Shown: positions 7,561 through 18,218 of the stretch, piece by piece
How the letters are laid out: each line of letters opens with the position of its first letter
Position numbering within the stretch: the stretch's first letter is position 1
Translations under genes and position numbers: made by a program
Notes under the pieces: model-generated
What the model saw: the letters and a program-made list of their open reading frames with translations, nothing else
Told to the model about the DNA's origin: nothing
The model's database searches: none
From: a virus
Lineage: Duplodnaviria; Caudoviricetes
DNA: 53,253 bases
Reading direction: 5' to 3' (one strand)
IMG/VR virus record: IMGVR_UViG_3300042292_000140
Coordinates: 1 to 53,253 of that record

Positions 7561-9229
7561 ATTCTTCTTCGTCGTATGCATCTTGTGCGCTTTGCAGTTG
7601 ATACATCATATTGTTTAAATACTTTTGATCTATTCCAGCCGCATCTAATGCATTTTTATAAGCATTCAATCCTTTTTCACCATACCGTGCAGCTTGACCA
7701 GCCTTCACAGCAGACTCACCAATAATTCGTGGCGATGATAATAACAAATCTGCTATCGTTGCTGGTATGCCACCCGCTAAATATGCACCTACAGATGTTG
7801 CTCCTGCGCGTGCAAGACCTCTAGGCGCGTATGGTGCTAATGCTTGACCTGATAGCATAGGTAGTACGTTTTCCGCGCCATATGGCTCAAGTTCTTTCAA
7901 TTTATCCATGCGCAATCCATACGAAGTATTAACATTGTTGCGTGTTAATCCTTGCGCCTTGGTTAACTGAGTTTCATCTTTTGTATTAGGCTTTAGATTA
8001 AATGTTTTTTCAATATCATCAGCTTCTTTAATTCTGCGTGCTTGATCTCGCATTAGCCACTCATACGCATGTGATTGTTTTGCAATTTCATCTTTTACAG
8101 CGTTTGATGTTTTAGAAACCATCATGGTTTTTGGATCTCTAGGATTATTCCAATCGCCAAGCTCATTTATGGCTTTTTTAAATGAATCAAAACCCGCAAC
8201 ATTTCTAAAATCTTTACCACGAGGAATACCTTGCAATCTCTGCATTGCTGTTGGCTGTTGTTCTTCTTTCCAACGATTAATTGCATCAATAATTTCATCA
8301 CGATGTGGTTGCAATGCAAGATTTTCATCAAAACCTTGTCTTTTTTTAATGTTTATTGCATTACGAGCCGCTTGTTCAACTGGCACAAAATCAAGTGGTT
8401 GATACCTATTAAACAATTGTTGCAAACTTTCATTTCCTCTAATTTGATTCATCCCAGTTGTATAATCATCTGATGTTTTTGCTCTCATGTTTTTAAGTGA
8501 TTGCGTTAAAACATCAACTGGCTCAGTAAGCGATGTGCCTTCTTCTTTGCGCATGTGTCGCATTAACGCATCTAAAGGATCACCACCACTATAGCCAGCT
8601 TGGTACGCTTCACGGATAGGCACATCACCAACACCTGTGTGCGTTCCTAATGCTGACGCGGTTAAATTGCTAATAGGTTCTTTTAGTTTTCCTACCGCTG
8701 CAAAGGGTGCAACACTTGGATCTAAATTTGACAATGCGTTTAATGCTTTATTTTTTGTAAGCAGGCGTGCTGGTTGAATAAAGGTTGCTAAATCCGCAGC
8801 AACTCTTGCAGGATGTGTAGCCAATGTTTTCTTGAAATTATCCATACTTCCATATTCATCGGTTATTGCTTGAAATACGGCTTGTAGTTTTTCAGGATTT
8901 TTAGCTGTTTCTGGATTGAGTTTGTACATCACATCAATCACCGGCTGTGGCAATACTTTTTGAACTGCCGCATTCCCTAAATCTAATGCGGCTTGTGCTG
9001 ATTCAATTGGATGCATTAAAGGCTCAACAGATGACTTTGCAACATCTATCACATCCATAGGTAAATTAGACAACGCTTCTTTTGGAACATCAGACCATTT
9101 ACGGTTTTGATCTTTTTCCATTTCGCCTTTTAACTTATCAACCTTTTCATAAATCTTTAATGATAATTCTTTATCACCAAGATTGTATGCATCTTCAGCA
9201 TCGTTAACTAAATCATCAATTTTACTCAT
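7559..9229 (-). CDS. Putative ejection/internal virion protein
   Basis: Helical Ala-rich protein at the end of the late operon; C-terminal hydrophobic segment followed by SSPRIIGE. Confidence 0.55.
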   Translation of the reverse strand: MSKIDDLVNDAEDAYNLGDKELSLKIYEKVDKLKGEMEKDQNRKWSDVPKEALSNLPMDVIDVAKSSVEPLMHPIESAQAALDLGNAAVQKVLPQPVIDVMYKLNPETAKNPEKLQAVFQAITDEYGSMDNFKKTLATHPARVAADLATFIQPARLLTKNKALNALSNLDPSVAPFAAVGKLKEPISNLTASALGTHTGVGDVPIREAYQAGYSGGDPLDALMRHMRKEEGTSLTEPVDVLTQSLKNMRAKTSDDYTTGMNQIRGNESLQQLFNRYQPLDFVPVEQAARNAINIKKRQGFDENLALQPHRDEIIDAINRWKEEQQPTAMQRLQGIPRGKDFRNVAGFDSFKKAINELGDWNNPRDPKTMMVSKTSNAVKDEIAKQSHAYEWLMRDQARRIKEADDIEKTFNLKPNTKDETQLTKAQGLTRNNVNTSYGLRMDKLKELEPYGAENVLPMLSGQALAPYAPRGLARAGATSVGAYLAGGIPATIADLLLSSPRIIGESAVKAGQAARYGEKGLNAYKNALDAAGIDQKYLNNMMYQLQSAQDAYDEEE

Positions 9230-9231
9230 GG

Positions 9232-10464
9232 TTAATTACCTCCGTGCAATTTTCTTAACTGCTCAAGACGATCATTTTTATCAGCATTTTTATCTGTATT
9301 TAAATTTTCGCTAAATTTAGGACGATGTTTTTCTGGAACAACTTCTGTCATGCCTTTAATAGCTGTAACTCTGTTTCCAATTTTTTGCTTTATAACTTCG
9401 TCACTATCACCAGGTTGTGGAAAATACAGACGATTAGCTTCCGTAATTTCAAATGGTGAAATAACAGCACCAGATTCTTTTCTGTTTACAGCCGTTATAA
9501 AATCGCGTTGTGCATTGCTAATTTGTTGAGTATTGCTGCTTAATTGACTGTTTACAATATCCCCAATAATAGGAACACCTTCTGTTGCACGTTGTGCTTT
9601 TATACCCATTGGAGAATAATCACCTATTTTACTAACAATATCGTGTGATCTAATCATACGTTGTGCAAATATATTTGCTTTTGATTGATCCTCAGTCAAT
9701 GGTTTTTCTTGATTAGCACTGGCGGGTTTTTGTCCAAATGCTTCTGATTTTTTTACAAATACAGCTTCGCCAGTATTACGATCTATAATAGCAACGGGTG
9801 CTGATTCTGACTCTGGATGAAAAGGTGGTTGTCCTATTGCGCTTGAAGCATCAACAAATTGCGGTCCATTTGGCCCCATCACTTCTTTTAATGATGGTTG
9901 TGGTGGATTGCGTGTGCTTGTTAAATATTCACGCATTCTTGCCGCTTTTTCTGGCGATGCACCTGCTATTGCATCTGCAAATAATTCAGCTTGAGATTTT
10001 TTTGGAGCAACATTATAACGCGCAAGCATCGACCCTAAACTTTTCTCGTCTGCGCCATACAGCTCTGCGATGGCTTGACGTGATGACAACTGCTTTGCGA
10101 TGTTCTCATTGTGTTGCTTACGCTCTGACGCACGACTTTCTGCCATCGCATTAGCAACATTCATCAATGGCTCACCAAAACCTTTTGTTGAAGATGGTGC
10201 TGCAAGAGCCGCTGCCAGCTTAAAGTACATCTCTGACTTGTCTTCGGGTTGCTGATTGATTAAGTTCTTCTCAAGCGCATCACGAAGTAACGCACGTTGC
10301 GCCTCAGCAGTTTTGCGTGCTTCACTATATTGAGCGAACAATTGTTTTTGCATGTCTGGATTAAGTGAATAATTTGATGCCAAATCTTGAATCGTCGGCT
10401 GTTTATCCTCCATGTCGATGTCATTGACACCATAGTTTTCTGCTAAATCTTCAATATTTGCCAT
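9232..10464 (-). CDS. Putative ejection (DNA transfer) protein
   Basis: LTEDQSKA..FAQRM and RDFITAVNRKESGAVI...YFPQPGDS motifs recalled from podophage injection proteins; position in the ejection block. Confidence 0.6.
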   Translation of the reverse strand: MANIEDLAENYGVNDIDMEDKQPTIQDLASNYSLNPDMQKQLFAQYSEARKTAEAQRALLRDALEKNLINQQPEDKSEMYFKLAAALAAPSSTKGFGEPLMNVANAMAESRASERKQHNENIAKQLSSRQAIAELYGADEKSLGSMLARYNVAPKKSQAELFADAIAGASPEKAARMREYLTSTRNPPQPSLKEVMGPNGPQFVDASSAIGQPPFHPESESAPVAIIDRNTGEAVFVKKSEAFGQKPASANQEKPLTEDQSKANIFAQRMIRSHDIVSKIGDYSPMGIKAQRATEGVPIIGDIVNSQLSSNTQQISNAQRDFITAVNRKESGAVISPFEITEANRLYFPQPGDSDEVIKQKIGNRVTAIKGMTEVVPEKHRPKFSENLNTDKNADKNDRLEQLRKLHGGN

Positions 10465-10499
10465 TAAATTTCTCCATATAATCTGTTAATTTTGTGGTC

Positions 10500-13400
10500 T
10501 TAACCACGATTTAGGAATCCTAATTGCGACAACATCATATCATCATAACCTGGATATTGTGCTGTACCACCACTAGTCAATGTATTACTTCCAGCATTCA
10601 TTGACGAGTTGTTGGCGTTATTACTCCAGTTGCTATTCGCGTTGTTGTTAACACTTGAGCTAGTATTATTATTAATGCTGTCACTAATATAATTCAAAGG
10701 AGATGGGTTGTAATCAAAGTTTTGAAATCCAAAATCACTTAAATTCCAACCTGTCGGAATGTTACTGCCGCCCCAGTCACCAAAGTTGGTATTATAACTG
10801 TTGCCAAGTGTACTTCCCCAAAAATTTGCACTGCTTAAATCTGCATATCCTGGCGTAACATTTGGAATAGTTGGGAAGTTCCACATAGAGCTTGGTGCTA
10901 ATGCGCCAAGATAATCAAATGATGGATTGTCGTATAAATTAGTAATGCCTTTGATTGCTTCATCATAAATTGGATTAACTGTTTCTTGATTTACTTCAGC
11001 CGGTGTGAAGAAGTCTTCAATAGATCCAACTGCGCCTTCAATTTGTCCTATTAACTTTTCTACTGATCCTTCAACATGCCCGACTATATCTTGCCAGAAA
11101 CTACTTCCTAGTCTATCTGGATTTAAAAGGACAGGCTCACCTGTTGCATTGCCTTTTGAATCTATAGGAGTGGCGTAAAATGGTGCTTCGCTAAAGTCAA
11201 CCGCAATAGCTCGTGCATTTTCTTTTAAGTCTTCATTCCAAATACTTTGCACTTTCATTGAATCTGTAATGCCGCCACCACCTGTTAGTTCAGCGTATCC
11301 AAGTGTACCTATTGTTTGTAATATTTTAGCTGTAATAGGATTTTCCGCTGCCCACTGTCTAAATTCATTTTGTACGTTTGCTAATTCAGCGTTGTAGTTG
11401 GTACCATTAAAGACAGATTGAACTTCAGCTATTAAATTAAGACCAAGATCAAACGGAACAAATCCTTTCGTAATCGCCTCAATAGCCGAATAGGTTGTTG
11501 GGAATAAATCTGAACCAATAAGATTTCCGTCTTGCAATGTTTCATTCGCAATGCCTTGATCCATTGCCGCATTTAACTCGGCAATACGGTCAGCGTAGTA
11601 TTGTGCGCTGTGAATAGATGCCGCGATGTGCGTCGTTTCAAGTCCATTGTCTTTGATGTATTGATCAATGGCGGCTGGATCATCTGGATTGTCTTCAACA
11701 AATTTAGCAAATTTTTCTGTTGGTTGATTTGTTTGTGGCAATTTAATTACAGCAACTGGAGATTTTCCATCACCAATAGGATTACCACTTGAATCTTTTA
11801 TAGAGCCTGGTGCCGCTACTGAGAAAATATGACCTTGATTATTTTCGTTATAATTTTCTAATTTATTTCCATCTTGGGTGTAAAAATTATGCGTACCATC
11901 ATCATTAGTGGTTGCCGTAATTGTTGTGGTACCTAAATCATAAATTGTTTCACCAGTATAAGGCGTGCCATCTGGATTAACAGGTTTATAAGCAACATCT
12001 GTACCGCCAATTGCAGATTTAAAATACGGTTGTAACCATTCTGGAACCCACTCTTGTATGCTTTTTCCACTGACTATCGCATCTGCCGAATTAAAAAGAT
12101 CTTTAAACCATGTTATTGGATCGTCTACATTTTTACCACTAATTAAATTTGATATAGAATCTACTGCATACCCTACAGGTGGCGCAAGATATAAAGGAGA
12201 TTTTAAATATTTCAATAAAAGTTCCGGAACAGTTATTGCATTTGGATTATCGTAATCCATGAACACTTCAGGTTTTGGCAGTGTAATAAATTCAACTGCC
12301 ATTACTTTTGCTTTTTCTGGCGTAACAGGATTTGGTGTATTTTCTGTCGCATTAACAATTTGTTTTGCTATGTCATTTGCTTGTGCTATTTGTGTTACTT
12401 TAGCAGTAGTTTCAGGTGTCGTTTTTGCAATTTCAACTGGTTTTACTTCTGCTGGTTTACTAATAAGATCAACATTAATTACATTAGGATCAAGTTTTGC
12501 CGTTTCCGCTGCGTTAGCCGCATTTTGTACAATTGCGCCCATTTTTGTATGTATAGCATGAGATATACTATCAAGAAATTTGCTTTCTTTAGCACTAACT
12601 GGATGTTGTTTTAAATAGGCTTTAATTTCTGCATCAGTAGCATCTGTTGTTTTAAGCAATGCGGCATTGATAGCATTTTCACTGACATTGTAATTTTTAG
12701 CCATTTCACTAACTGTTGGCATTTTAGTAGGTTGCGAATTTTTGTTTTTAATCCCATCAATAATTTCGTAGATGCGTGGGAATCCTTCAATGCTTCCTAT
12801 GCGTGCATACCAACCACGAACTTGTTCAGCACTAAGTGTTGGATCTGAAATCATAAGTGTTGCTGCATGAACTACGTTTGGTGCAACATGATACTTAGCC
12901 GCAAGGTTATCCACTGTTGGATTTGCTTTAGCTGCTGCATCTAACTTTTTTTGTTTTTCAATAGCTAAAGAATTTGCAGCACTTGCAGATGCATAAGCAG
13001 AAGCTGAGGCACTAGCAGCTTTTGCAGCATTAGCAGAATTTGCTGATGCGGTTGATGCGGCTTTACTTACCGATGTAGATGCACTTAAAGAATTGGCTTT
13101 TTCGGTGCTTAATGATTTAAGTTCACTTAATGATGTGGATTTGCTTAATGAATTTACCGTGCTTACAGATTTCGCTGCACTTATAGATGCTACGGTACTT
13201 GCTGATTTTACTTCCCAAGTAGAATGTGAATGTGACGTTGCTAGAACTTTTTCTGCACTTAAAGAATTAGCTTTTTCTACGCTTGCAGATTTTGCATTAA
13301 AATCTAATACAGATTTGCTTAATGAATTTACGGTACTAATAGACTTTAATGCGCTTATAGAATTAGCGGTACTATTTGATTTAACCTCACTTAATGATTT

Positions 13401-16400
13401 AAATCGCTCTGCACTTAAAGATTTTACTTCGTTTACGGAATTTGCTTTGCTTTGAGAATTAACCTCGCTCACAGATTTTGATGCGCTTAATGATGCTAAC
13501 GTACTTGCAGACTTTATTGCATCTGTTGATTGCAATACGCTTAATGAATGTGATTTTTCTGCACTTAAAGAATTGGATTTTTCGGTACTTAAAGATTTAA
13601 TATTGCTAACAGATGCCGATTTGCTTAGAGCTGTAACCTCACTTAATGATTTTGATGCACTAATAGAATTTATTGTGCTTGTAGATTTTGCTGTAATTGT
13701 ACTTAAAGAAGTAGCAATACTTAATGATTTAGATGCGCTTATAGAATTAGCGGTACTATTTGATTTAACTTCTTTTAAAGAATTAGCCGCGCTTACTGAT
13801 GCAGAAATACTAAATGATTTTGCGGCACTCAATGAAGTATTAGCACTTAAAGATGCCGATGTACTAAAGGATTTAGCCATTGATGCGCTTGATGCATGAG
13901 CATCATTCAAGGATTTTGTTGCGCTTACAGAGTTAGCCACACTTAATGAGTTTGCCGAACTTAACGAGTTTCTAGCACTTAAAGATGAAGATGCACTTGC
14001 CGATCTTTCTATGGCCGCACTGGACGTAGTAGCAACACTTAATGATTTAGACTCACTTAAAGAATTAGCAGTGCTTAATGATTTAGATTCTTTTAATGAA
14101 TTAATAGTGCTTGTTGAAGCCGATAAACTTATTGATTTTACTGCTGATGTGCTTTGCAAATTTGCTGTGCTTAATGATTTTGATGCGCTTGCCGATGCTG
14201 ACGCGCTTGATGCTTTTTCGTCACTTAAAGATTTAGAATGATTAGCAGATTCTGCAACGCTTAATGATGCAGCAGTGCTTAATGATTGTTTAGCACTTTG
14301 TGCATTAGATGCACTCGTGGCAAGAGCAACTTTTAATGATCCAGCGGCAGATAACGAATGCTCTTTAGCTATAGATTGAACGGTTGATATGCTTAATACA
14401 TGCTCAGTGCTTATAGATTTTACGGTGCTTGTCGATGCAGATTTAACGTCCGCCAAAGATTTGTCTGCTTCTATCTTTTTTTGCAATGATTCTGATTTTG
14501 CAACACTTGCCGAGGATACTTTATAAGCACTTAATGATTTTGCTACGGTTAACGATTCTTCTTTTGCAGACGCAACAGACGTTGCAGAATTTGCACGAGA
14601 AGTGCTTGCATCTTTATTTGCTTGCGATAAAGAATTATAAGCCGATTCTAATTTTGTTTGTTGCTCTGACGTGTATGGTCCAATTTGTGAATAACTAGAT
14701 TGATTAGGATTTTTCTCAACTGTTAAATTATTTATTTCATTAGACGATGTACTTTGATTTGGTGTATTACTAACTGGCCCTGCAAAATCATTGACATTAT
14801 ATTTATTTGCCAAATCGTTTGTTGTTGTTTTTGTCGCATCAATAGCCTTTTGCTGTTCTGGAGTATAAGGTCCCATTTGCACAGAATTAGGCTGATTAAT
14901 ATTGTAAGCCGATACAAGATTATCCAATGTTGCAGGTTGATTATTTTGATTTTGAGCATTACTAACCGGACCAACAAAATTATTTGCAGATTTTTCTTTT
15001 TCAAGTTTTGCTTGTTCATCTGCTTTAATTTGTGCATCAGCTTGTACTTTAGCATCAATAGCTTTCTGTTGTTCTGGTGTATATGGCCCCATTTGTACGC
15101 TATTAGATGGATTGCCAGATACCAAATCATTTAATGTTACTGTTTGTGGTGCTTGATTAGGATTATTACTGACAGGTCCCATAACGTCATTTGGTACTTT
15201 AGGCACAACAGGTGAAATAACATCCGTTACCGTAGCACCAGGATCAAGCGTTGGCTTACCAGTATTATCCACCGTTGTTAGTGTAATTCCAGATCCATCA
15301 ATTGGTGTTTTAGGTGGAGTTCCAGGTGGAGTGCTATCTGGTGTTCCAGGTGGAGTTCCAGATCCAGTACCACTACCAGAACCAGTAGACTCAGTAGAAC
15401 CAGTTGAACCAGTAGACTCAGTAGAACCAATAGAACCAATAGAACCAGTTGAGCCTATAGAACCTGTAGAACCAATAGAACCAGTAGACCCTGTAGAACC
15501 AGTAGACCCTGTAGAGCCTATAGAACCAGTTGAACCTGTAGAACCAATAGAACCAGTAGACCCTGTAGAACCAGTAGACCCTGTAGAGCCTATAGAACCA
15601 GTTGAACCTGTTGAGCCAATAGAACCAGTAGACCCTGTAGAACCAGTAGACCCTGTAGAGCCTATAGAACCAGTTGAACCTGTTGAGCCAGATCCGCTTC
15701 CGCTATCAGATGTATTTCCTGATAAAGATGAATATGTAGATTCTAATGCTGACCCACTTCCAGAATCAATTACAGATCCACTAAAAGAATCAATTACAGA
15801 TCCACTTCCACTAAAAGAACCTGTGCCACTTCCAGAACCTGTGCCACTTCCACTAAAAGAATCAATTACAGATCCACTTCCACTAAAAGAACCTGTGCCA
15901 CTTCCAGAACCTGTGCCACTTCCACTAAAAGAATCAATTACAGATCCACTTCCACTAAAAGAACCTGTGCCACTTCCAGAACCTGTGCCACTTCCACTAA
16001 AAGAATCAATTACAGATCCACTTCCACTAAAAGAACCTGTACCACTTCCAGAACCTGTACCACTTCCAGAACCTGTACCAGAACCTGTACCACTTCCAGA
16101 ACCTGTACCAGAACCTGTGCCATCTGGAGTGCCAGGTGGAAGAACGACTGTTGTATCAGAAATTGCACCGCCCGTTACGGTATCTTTAACAACAGGTTTT
16201 GTTTCTGGTGCTTTATAATTTTGATAATTAGGATTGCCTAAAACATCACCCCACCACGAACCAGTTGCATTAACTAAGTCATAACGATTCTGATTGTACT
16301 TATCCATTAACGCTACTAATTCTGGTTGCGTTGTTGTTGGATTATTCTTTAATGTTTCATTTACATTTTTAGTGTAATTTTCGTAAGCAGGTGTACCAAA

Positions 16401-16679
16401 CTGTGGAATAACACTATTGCCAAGTTGTTTTTTGTATAAATCAGATTGAGTAGCAGGCGATTGAAATTGTGGCGCAGAATACATGTTTGTATTTTGCAAA
16501 CGATTATTGTATTCCTTTAAGTATTCTTGATACTTGGTTTGATCCGCGTCATACGCAGCTTGTTGCGCTGCATTATCAATCGTTATTGGTCCAGTTGGCA
16601 TAGGCGTGCCGCCATATGTATTGGTCGGATTGCTTAAGCCATATTGTTTCAATAACTCATCTAATTCATAACCGTACAT
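10500..16679 (-). CDS. 2059-aa serine-rich repeat protein in the ejection module
   Basis: Long ORF with AGGA SD; contains GSG, GST and (K/N)SLS repeat blocks; flanked by putative ejection genes. Confidence 0.8.
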   Translation of the reverse strand: MYGYELDELLKQYGLSNPTNTYGGTPMPTGPITIDNAAQQAAYDADQTKYQEYLKEYNNRLQNTNMYSAPQFQSPATQSDLYKKQLGNSVIPQFGTPAYENYTKNVNETLKNNPTTTQPELVALMDKYNQNRYDLVNATGSWWGDVLGNPNYQNYKAPETKPVVKDTVTGGAISDTTVVLPPGTPDGTGSGTGSGSGTGSGTGSGSGTGSGSGTGSFSGSGSVIDSFSGSGTGSGSGTGSFSGSGSVIDSFSGSGTGSGSGTGSFSGSGSVIDSFSGSGTGSGSGTGSFSGSGSVIDSFSGSVIDSGSGSALESTYSSLSGNTSDSGSGSGSTGSTGSIGSTGSTGSTGSTGSIGSTGSTGSIGSTGSTGSTGSTGSIGSTGSTGSIGSTGSTGSTGSTGSIGSTGSIGSTGSIGSIGSTESTGSTGSTESTGSGSGTGSGTPPGTPDSTPPGTPPKTPIDGSGITLTTVDNTGKPTLDPGATVTDVISPVVPKVPNDVMGPVSNNPNQAPQTVTLNDLVSGNPSNSVQMGPYTPEQQKAIDAKVQADAQIKADEQAKLEKEKSANNFVGPVSNAQNQNNQPATLDNLVSAYNINQPNSVQMGPYTPEQQKAIDATKTTTNDLANKYNVNDFAGPVSNTPNQSTSSNEINNLTVEKNPNQSSYSQIGPYTSEQQTKLESAYNSLSQANKDASTSRANSATSVASAKEESLTVAKSLSAYKVSSASVAKSESLQKKIEADKSLADVKSASTSTVKSISTEHVLSISTVQSIAKEHSLSAAGSLKVALATSASNAQSAKQSLSTAASLSVAESANHSKSLSDEKASSASASASASKSLSTANLQSTSAVKSISLSASTSTINSLKESKSLSTANSLSESKSLSVATTSSAAIERSASASSSLSARNSLSSANSLSVANSVSATKSLNDAHASSASMAKSFSTSASLSANTSLSAAKSFSISASVSAANSLKEVKSNSTANSISASKSLSIATSLSTITAKSTSTINSISASKSLSEVTALSKSASVSNIKSLSTEKSNSLSAEKSHSLSVLQSTDAIKSASTLASLSASKSVSEVNSQSKANSVNEVKSLSAERFKSLSEVKSNSTANSISALKSISTVNSLSKSVLDFNAKSASVEKANSLSAEKVLATSHSHSTWEVKSASTVASISAAKSVSTVNSLSKSTSLSELKSLSTEKANSLSASTSVSKAASTASANSANAAKAASASASAYASASAANSLAIEKQKKLDAAAKANPTVDNLAAKYHVAPNVVHAATLMISDPTLSAEQVRGWYARIGSIEGFPRIYEIIDGIKNKNSQPTKMPTVSEMAKNYNVSENAINAALLKTTDATDAEIKAYLKQHPVSAKESKFLDSISHAIHTKMGAIVQNAANAAETAKLDPNVINVDLISKPAEVKPVEIAKTTPETTAKVTQIAQANDIAKQIVNATENTPNPVTPEKAKVMAVEFITLPKPEVFMDYDNPNAITVPELLLKYLKSPLYLAPPVGYAVDSISNLISGKNVDDPITWFKDLFNSADAIVSGKSIQEWVPEWLQPYFKSAIGGTDVAYKPVNPDGTPYTGETIYDLGTTTITATTNDDGTHNFYTQDGNKLENYNENNQGHIFSVAAPGSIKDSSGNPIGDGKSPVAVIKLPQTNQPTEKFAKFVEDNPDDPAAIDQYIKDNGLETTHIAASIHSAQYYADRIAELNAAMDQGIANETLQDGNLIGSDLFPTTYSAIEAITKGFVPFDLGLNLIAEVQSVFNGTNYNAELANVQNEFRQWAAENPITAKILQTIGTLGYAELTGGGGITDSMKVQSIWNEDLKENARAIAVDFSEAPFYATPIDSKGNATGEPVLLNPDRLGSSFWQDIVGHVEGSVEKLIGQIEGAVGSIEDFFTPAEVNQETVNPIYDEAIKGITNLYDNPSFDYLGALAPSSMWNFPTIPNVTPGYADLSSANFWGSTLGNSYNTNFGDWGGSNIPTGWNLSDFGFQNFDYNPSPLNYISDSINNNTSSSVNNNANSNWSNNANNSSMNAGSNTLTSGGTAQYPGYDDMMLSQLGFLNRG
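12960..14640 (-). repeat. Degenerate Ser-alternating hexapeptide repeats, (K/N)-S-(L/I)-S-x-x
   Basis: For example [18 protein letters not shown]; recurring CTTAATGA and CTTAAAGA words on the + strand. Confidence 0.85.
15380..15690 (-). repeat. 9-bp coding repeats (GST/GSI triplets) with a 72-bp higher-order period
   Basis: Near-identical 72-bp units start at about 15468, 15540 and 15612. Confidence 0.9.
15760..16125 (-). repeat. 72-bp tandem repeat encoding [24 protein letters not shown], plus GSGT runs
   Basis: Units start at 15778, 15850, 15922 and 15994. Confidence 0.9.
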
Positions 16680-16694
16680 AGTATTTCCTTATTA

Positions 16695-18218
16695 TTAAGA
16701 AGTTAAACCTTTGTAAATAGAAAAAGCTGAAGCCGCTTGTTGCAATGGTGATGGCGCATAAGATCCACCAACGGTTGTATTTTGTGTTGTAGTAATGCTT
16801 GGAATAGTATTAGCAGGAAGACCACGAATTTGTGCATTCATCCAATCAAGTTGATTTTTCGTGTAATCTTGACCCTGTTGCCATTGTTGTTGCGCTGCGG
16901 TCAGTTCAGCTTGTTTTTGTGCTTGCTGTGCTTGACCAGCCGCTTCAAGCGTTGCCACATCAAGATTTTGTGCTTTTTGCTGATTACCAAGCATGGAAGT
17001 GTAATCATTTAATGCGCCAATTTGACGGGTTGCATCTTGAGCTTGTGCGCCTTGAACATCTTTAGCGGCTGTCAATCCAAGTTGTTGTTGCTGACCTGCT
17101 TGTTGTGCTTGTTGATTTGCAATGGTCGCTAAATTTTGTTGCTGTTGCGCTGTTAATTGACCTTGTGTTTGACCAATATTAGCTAAATTTTGTTGTTGTT
17201 GAGCAGTTAATTGACCTTGCGTTTGACCAATATTGGCTAGGTTTTGTTGTTGCGATGATGTCAATTGACCTTGTGTTTGACCAATATTTTGATACGCTTG
17301 CGCTTGTTGTGATGCCAAGTTTCCAGCGGTTTGTCCAAGTGTTGCTTGACGCGCTAAGTCTGTTTGATTAGCTGTCATTGCTTGACCGTAACCTTGATTT
17401 GCAAGTTTAGATTGTTCTGCCAAAATTGCTTCTTGTGTATCACGAAGCGCACGGCTACCAAATTCACCCATGCGATTACTGCCGAATTGACCAGCTTTAA
17501 TAAACTGATCCGATACTTGTGGCAATAAAGTTTCGCTTAAATTACGCGCACCTTGTTTTGCAAGGACATCCATTACATTTTGCTGATATGGGTTCATATA
17601 ATTACCCACATCAGAATATGCAGCTTTACCAGCCGATGTTAAATAAGGATTTGCATTAGCAGTAATATTTCCAGCACTAGTATTGCTGTTGGTTAAATAT
17701 TGATTTGCCACTGTTGATGGCGATAATGCTTGTGCAGATACTAACGACGTAGCAGCAGTTAATGGATTTAAATTTGCGGCACTTGTTAGGTTGCCAGTAC
17801 CAGCCGTTGCAGGATTAGCACCCACAGCCGATGCCCAATTTGTACCTGCATTTCCTAACCAAGTTGTAGGTGTATTTGGTGACAAATAACTAGTTTGACC
17901 CGTGCTAAGTCCTGTAGCCGTATTAGAATTCTGATACGCCTTCATCGCTGTAGCGGCATTAGTAAGACCAGCATTCATTCCTGTTGGTGAATTAAACCCC
18001 GTAGAATTTTGCTGAACCTGAGAATAGGCTTGCGTTTGATTAGGATTTAACCCAGCAACTGTTGGCAACTTATATGGCTCATAATTAACAGACGCAGCAT
18101 TTCGTGCGTTTGCTATTTGATCATAAATTGCTTGTTGCATCCATGCAGGTGTATCCGTTTTTGTAAAATCAACGGATGTTTTACTTTGTGCTGCTTGGTC
18201 TGTTAAATAAGATCCCAT
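16695..18218 (-). CDS. Gln/Ala-rich putative ejection protein with 18-aa repeats
   Basis: YMNPYQQNV and AGQFGSNR motifs; QQQNLANIGQTQGQLTAQ repeats. Confidence 0.6.
   Translation of the reverse strand: MGSYLTDQAAQSKTSVDFTKTDTPAWMQQAIYDQIANARNAASVNYEPYKLPTVAGLNPNQTQAYSQVQQNSTGFNSPTGMNAGLTNAATAMKAYQNSNTATGLSTGQTSYLSPNTPTTWLGNAGTNWASAVGANPATAGTGNLTSAANLNPLTAATSLVSAQALSPSTVANQYLTNSNTSAGNITANANPYLTSAGKAAYSDVGNYMNPYQQNVMDVLAKQGARNLSETLLPQVSDQFIKAGQFGSNRMGEFGSRALRDTQEAILAEQSKLANQGYGQAMTANQTDLARQATLGQTAGNLASQQAQAYQNIGQTQGQLTSSQQQNLANIGQTQGQLTAQQQQNLANIGQTQGQLTAQQQQNLATIANQQAQQAGQQQQLGLTAAKDVQGAQAQDATRQIGALNDYTSMLGNQQKAQNLDVATLEAAGQAQQAQKQAELTAAQQQWQQGQDYTKNQLDWMNAQIRGLPANTIPSITTTQNTTVGGSYAPSPLQQAASAFSIYKGLTS

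Noticed and set aside
12684-12917. LysM domains suggested by T(V/L)xxLAxxY(N/G)V
   Set aside because: The flanking LysM elements (YxVxxGD and LxxxN...GQxL) are absent, so it is treated as a short shared motif instead.
13093-14241. Plus-strand ORFs rich in LNDLD/LKELA that look like LRRs
   Set aside because: They are antisense translations of the KSLS/NSLS repeats and are broken by stops.
15380-16125. Possible CRISPR array (regular 72-bp period)
   Set aside because: The units repeat in full with no unique spacers and are in-frame coding. The same holds for the 72-bp units at ~28.3-28.6 kb.
12960-16125. Ice-nucleation protein (InaZ-like)
   Set aside because: It has GST and SL-like words but lacks the AGYGSTxT 8/16/48-residue register and the InaZ terminal domains.
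15331-16218. 295-aa plus-strand ORF of EPV/EPI/PLP repeats
   Set aside because: It is the antisense shadow of the GST/GSG repeats: no clear RBS, and it lies inside a larger gene of a minus-strand operon.
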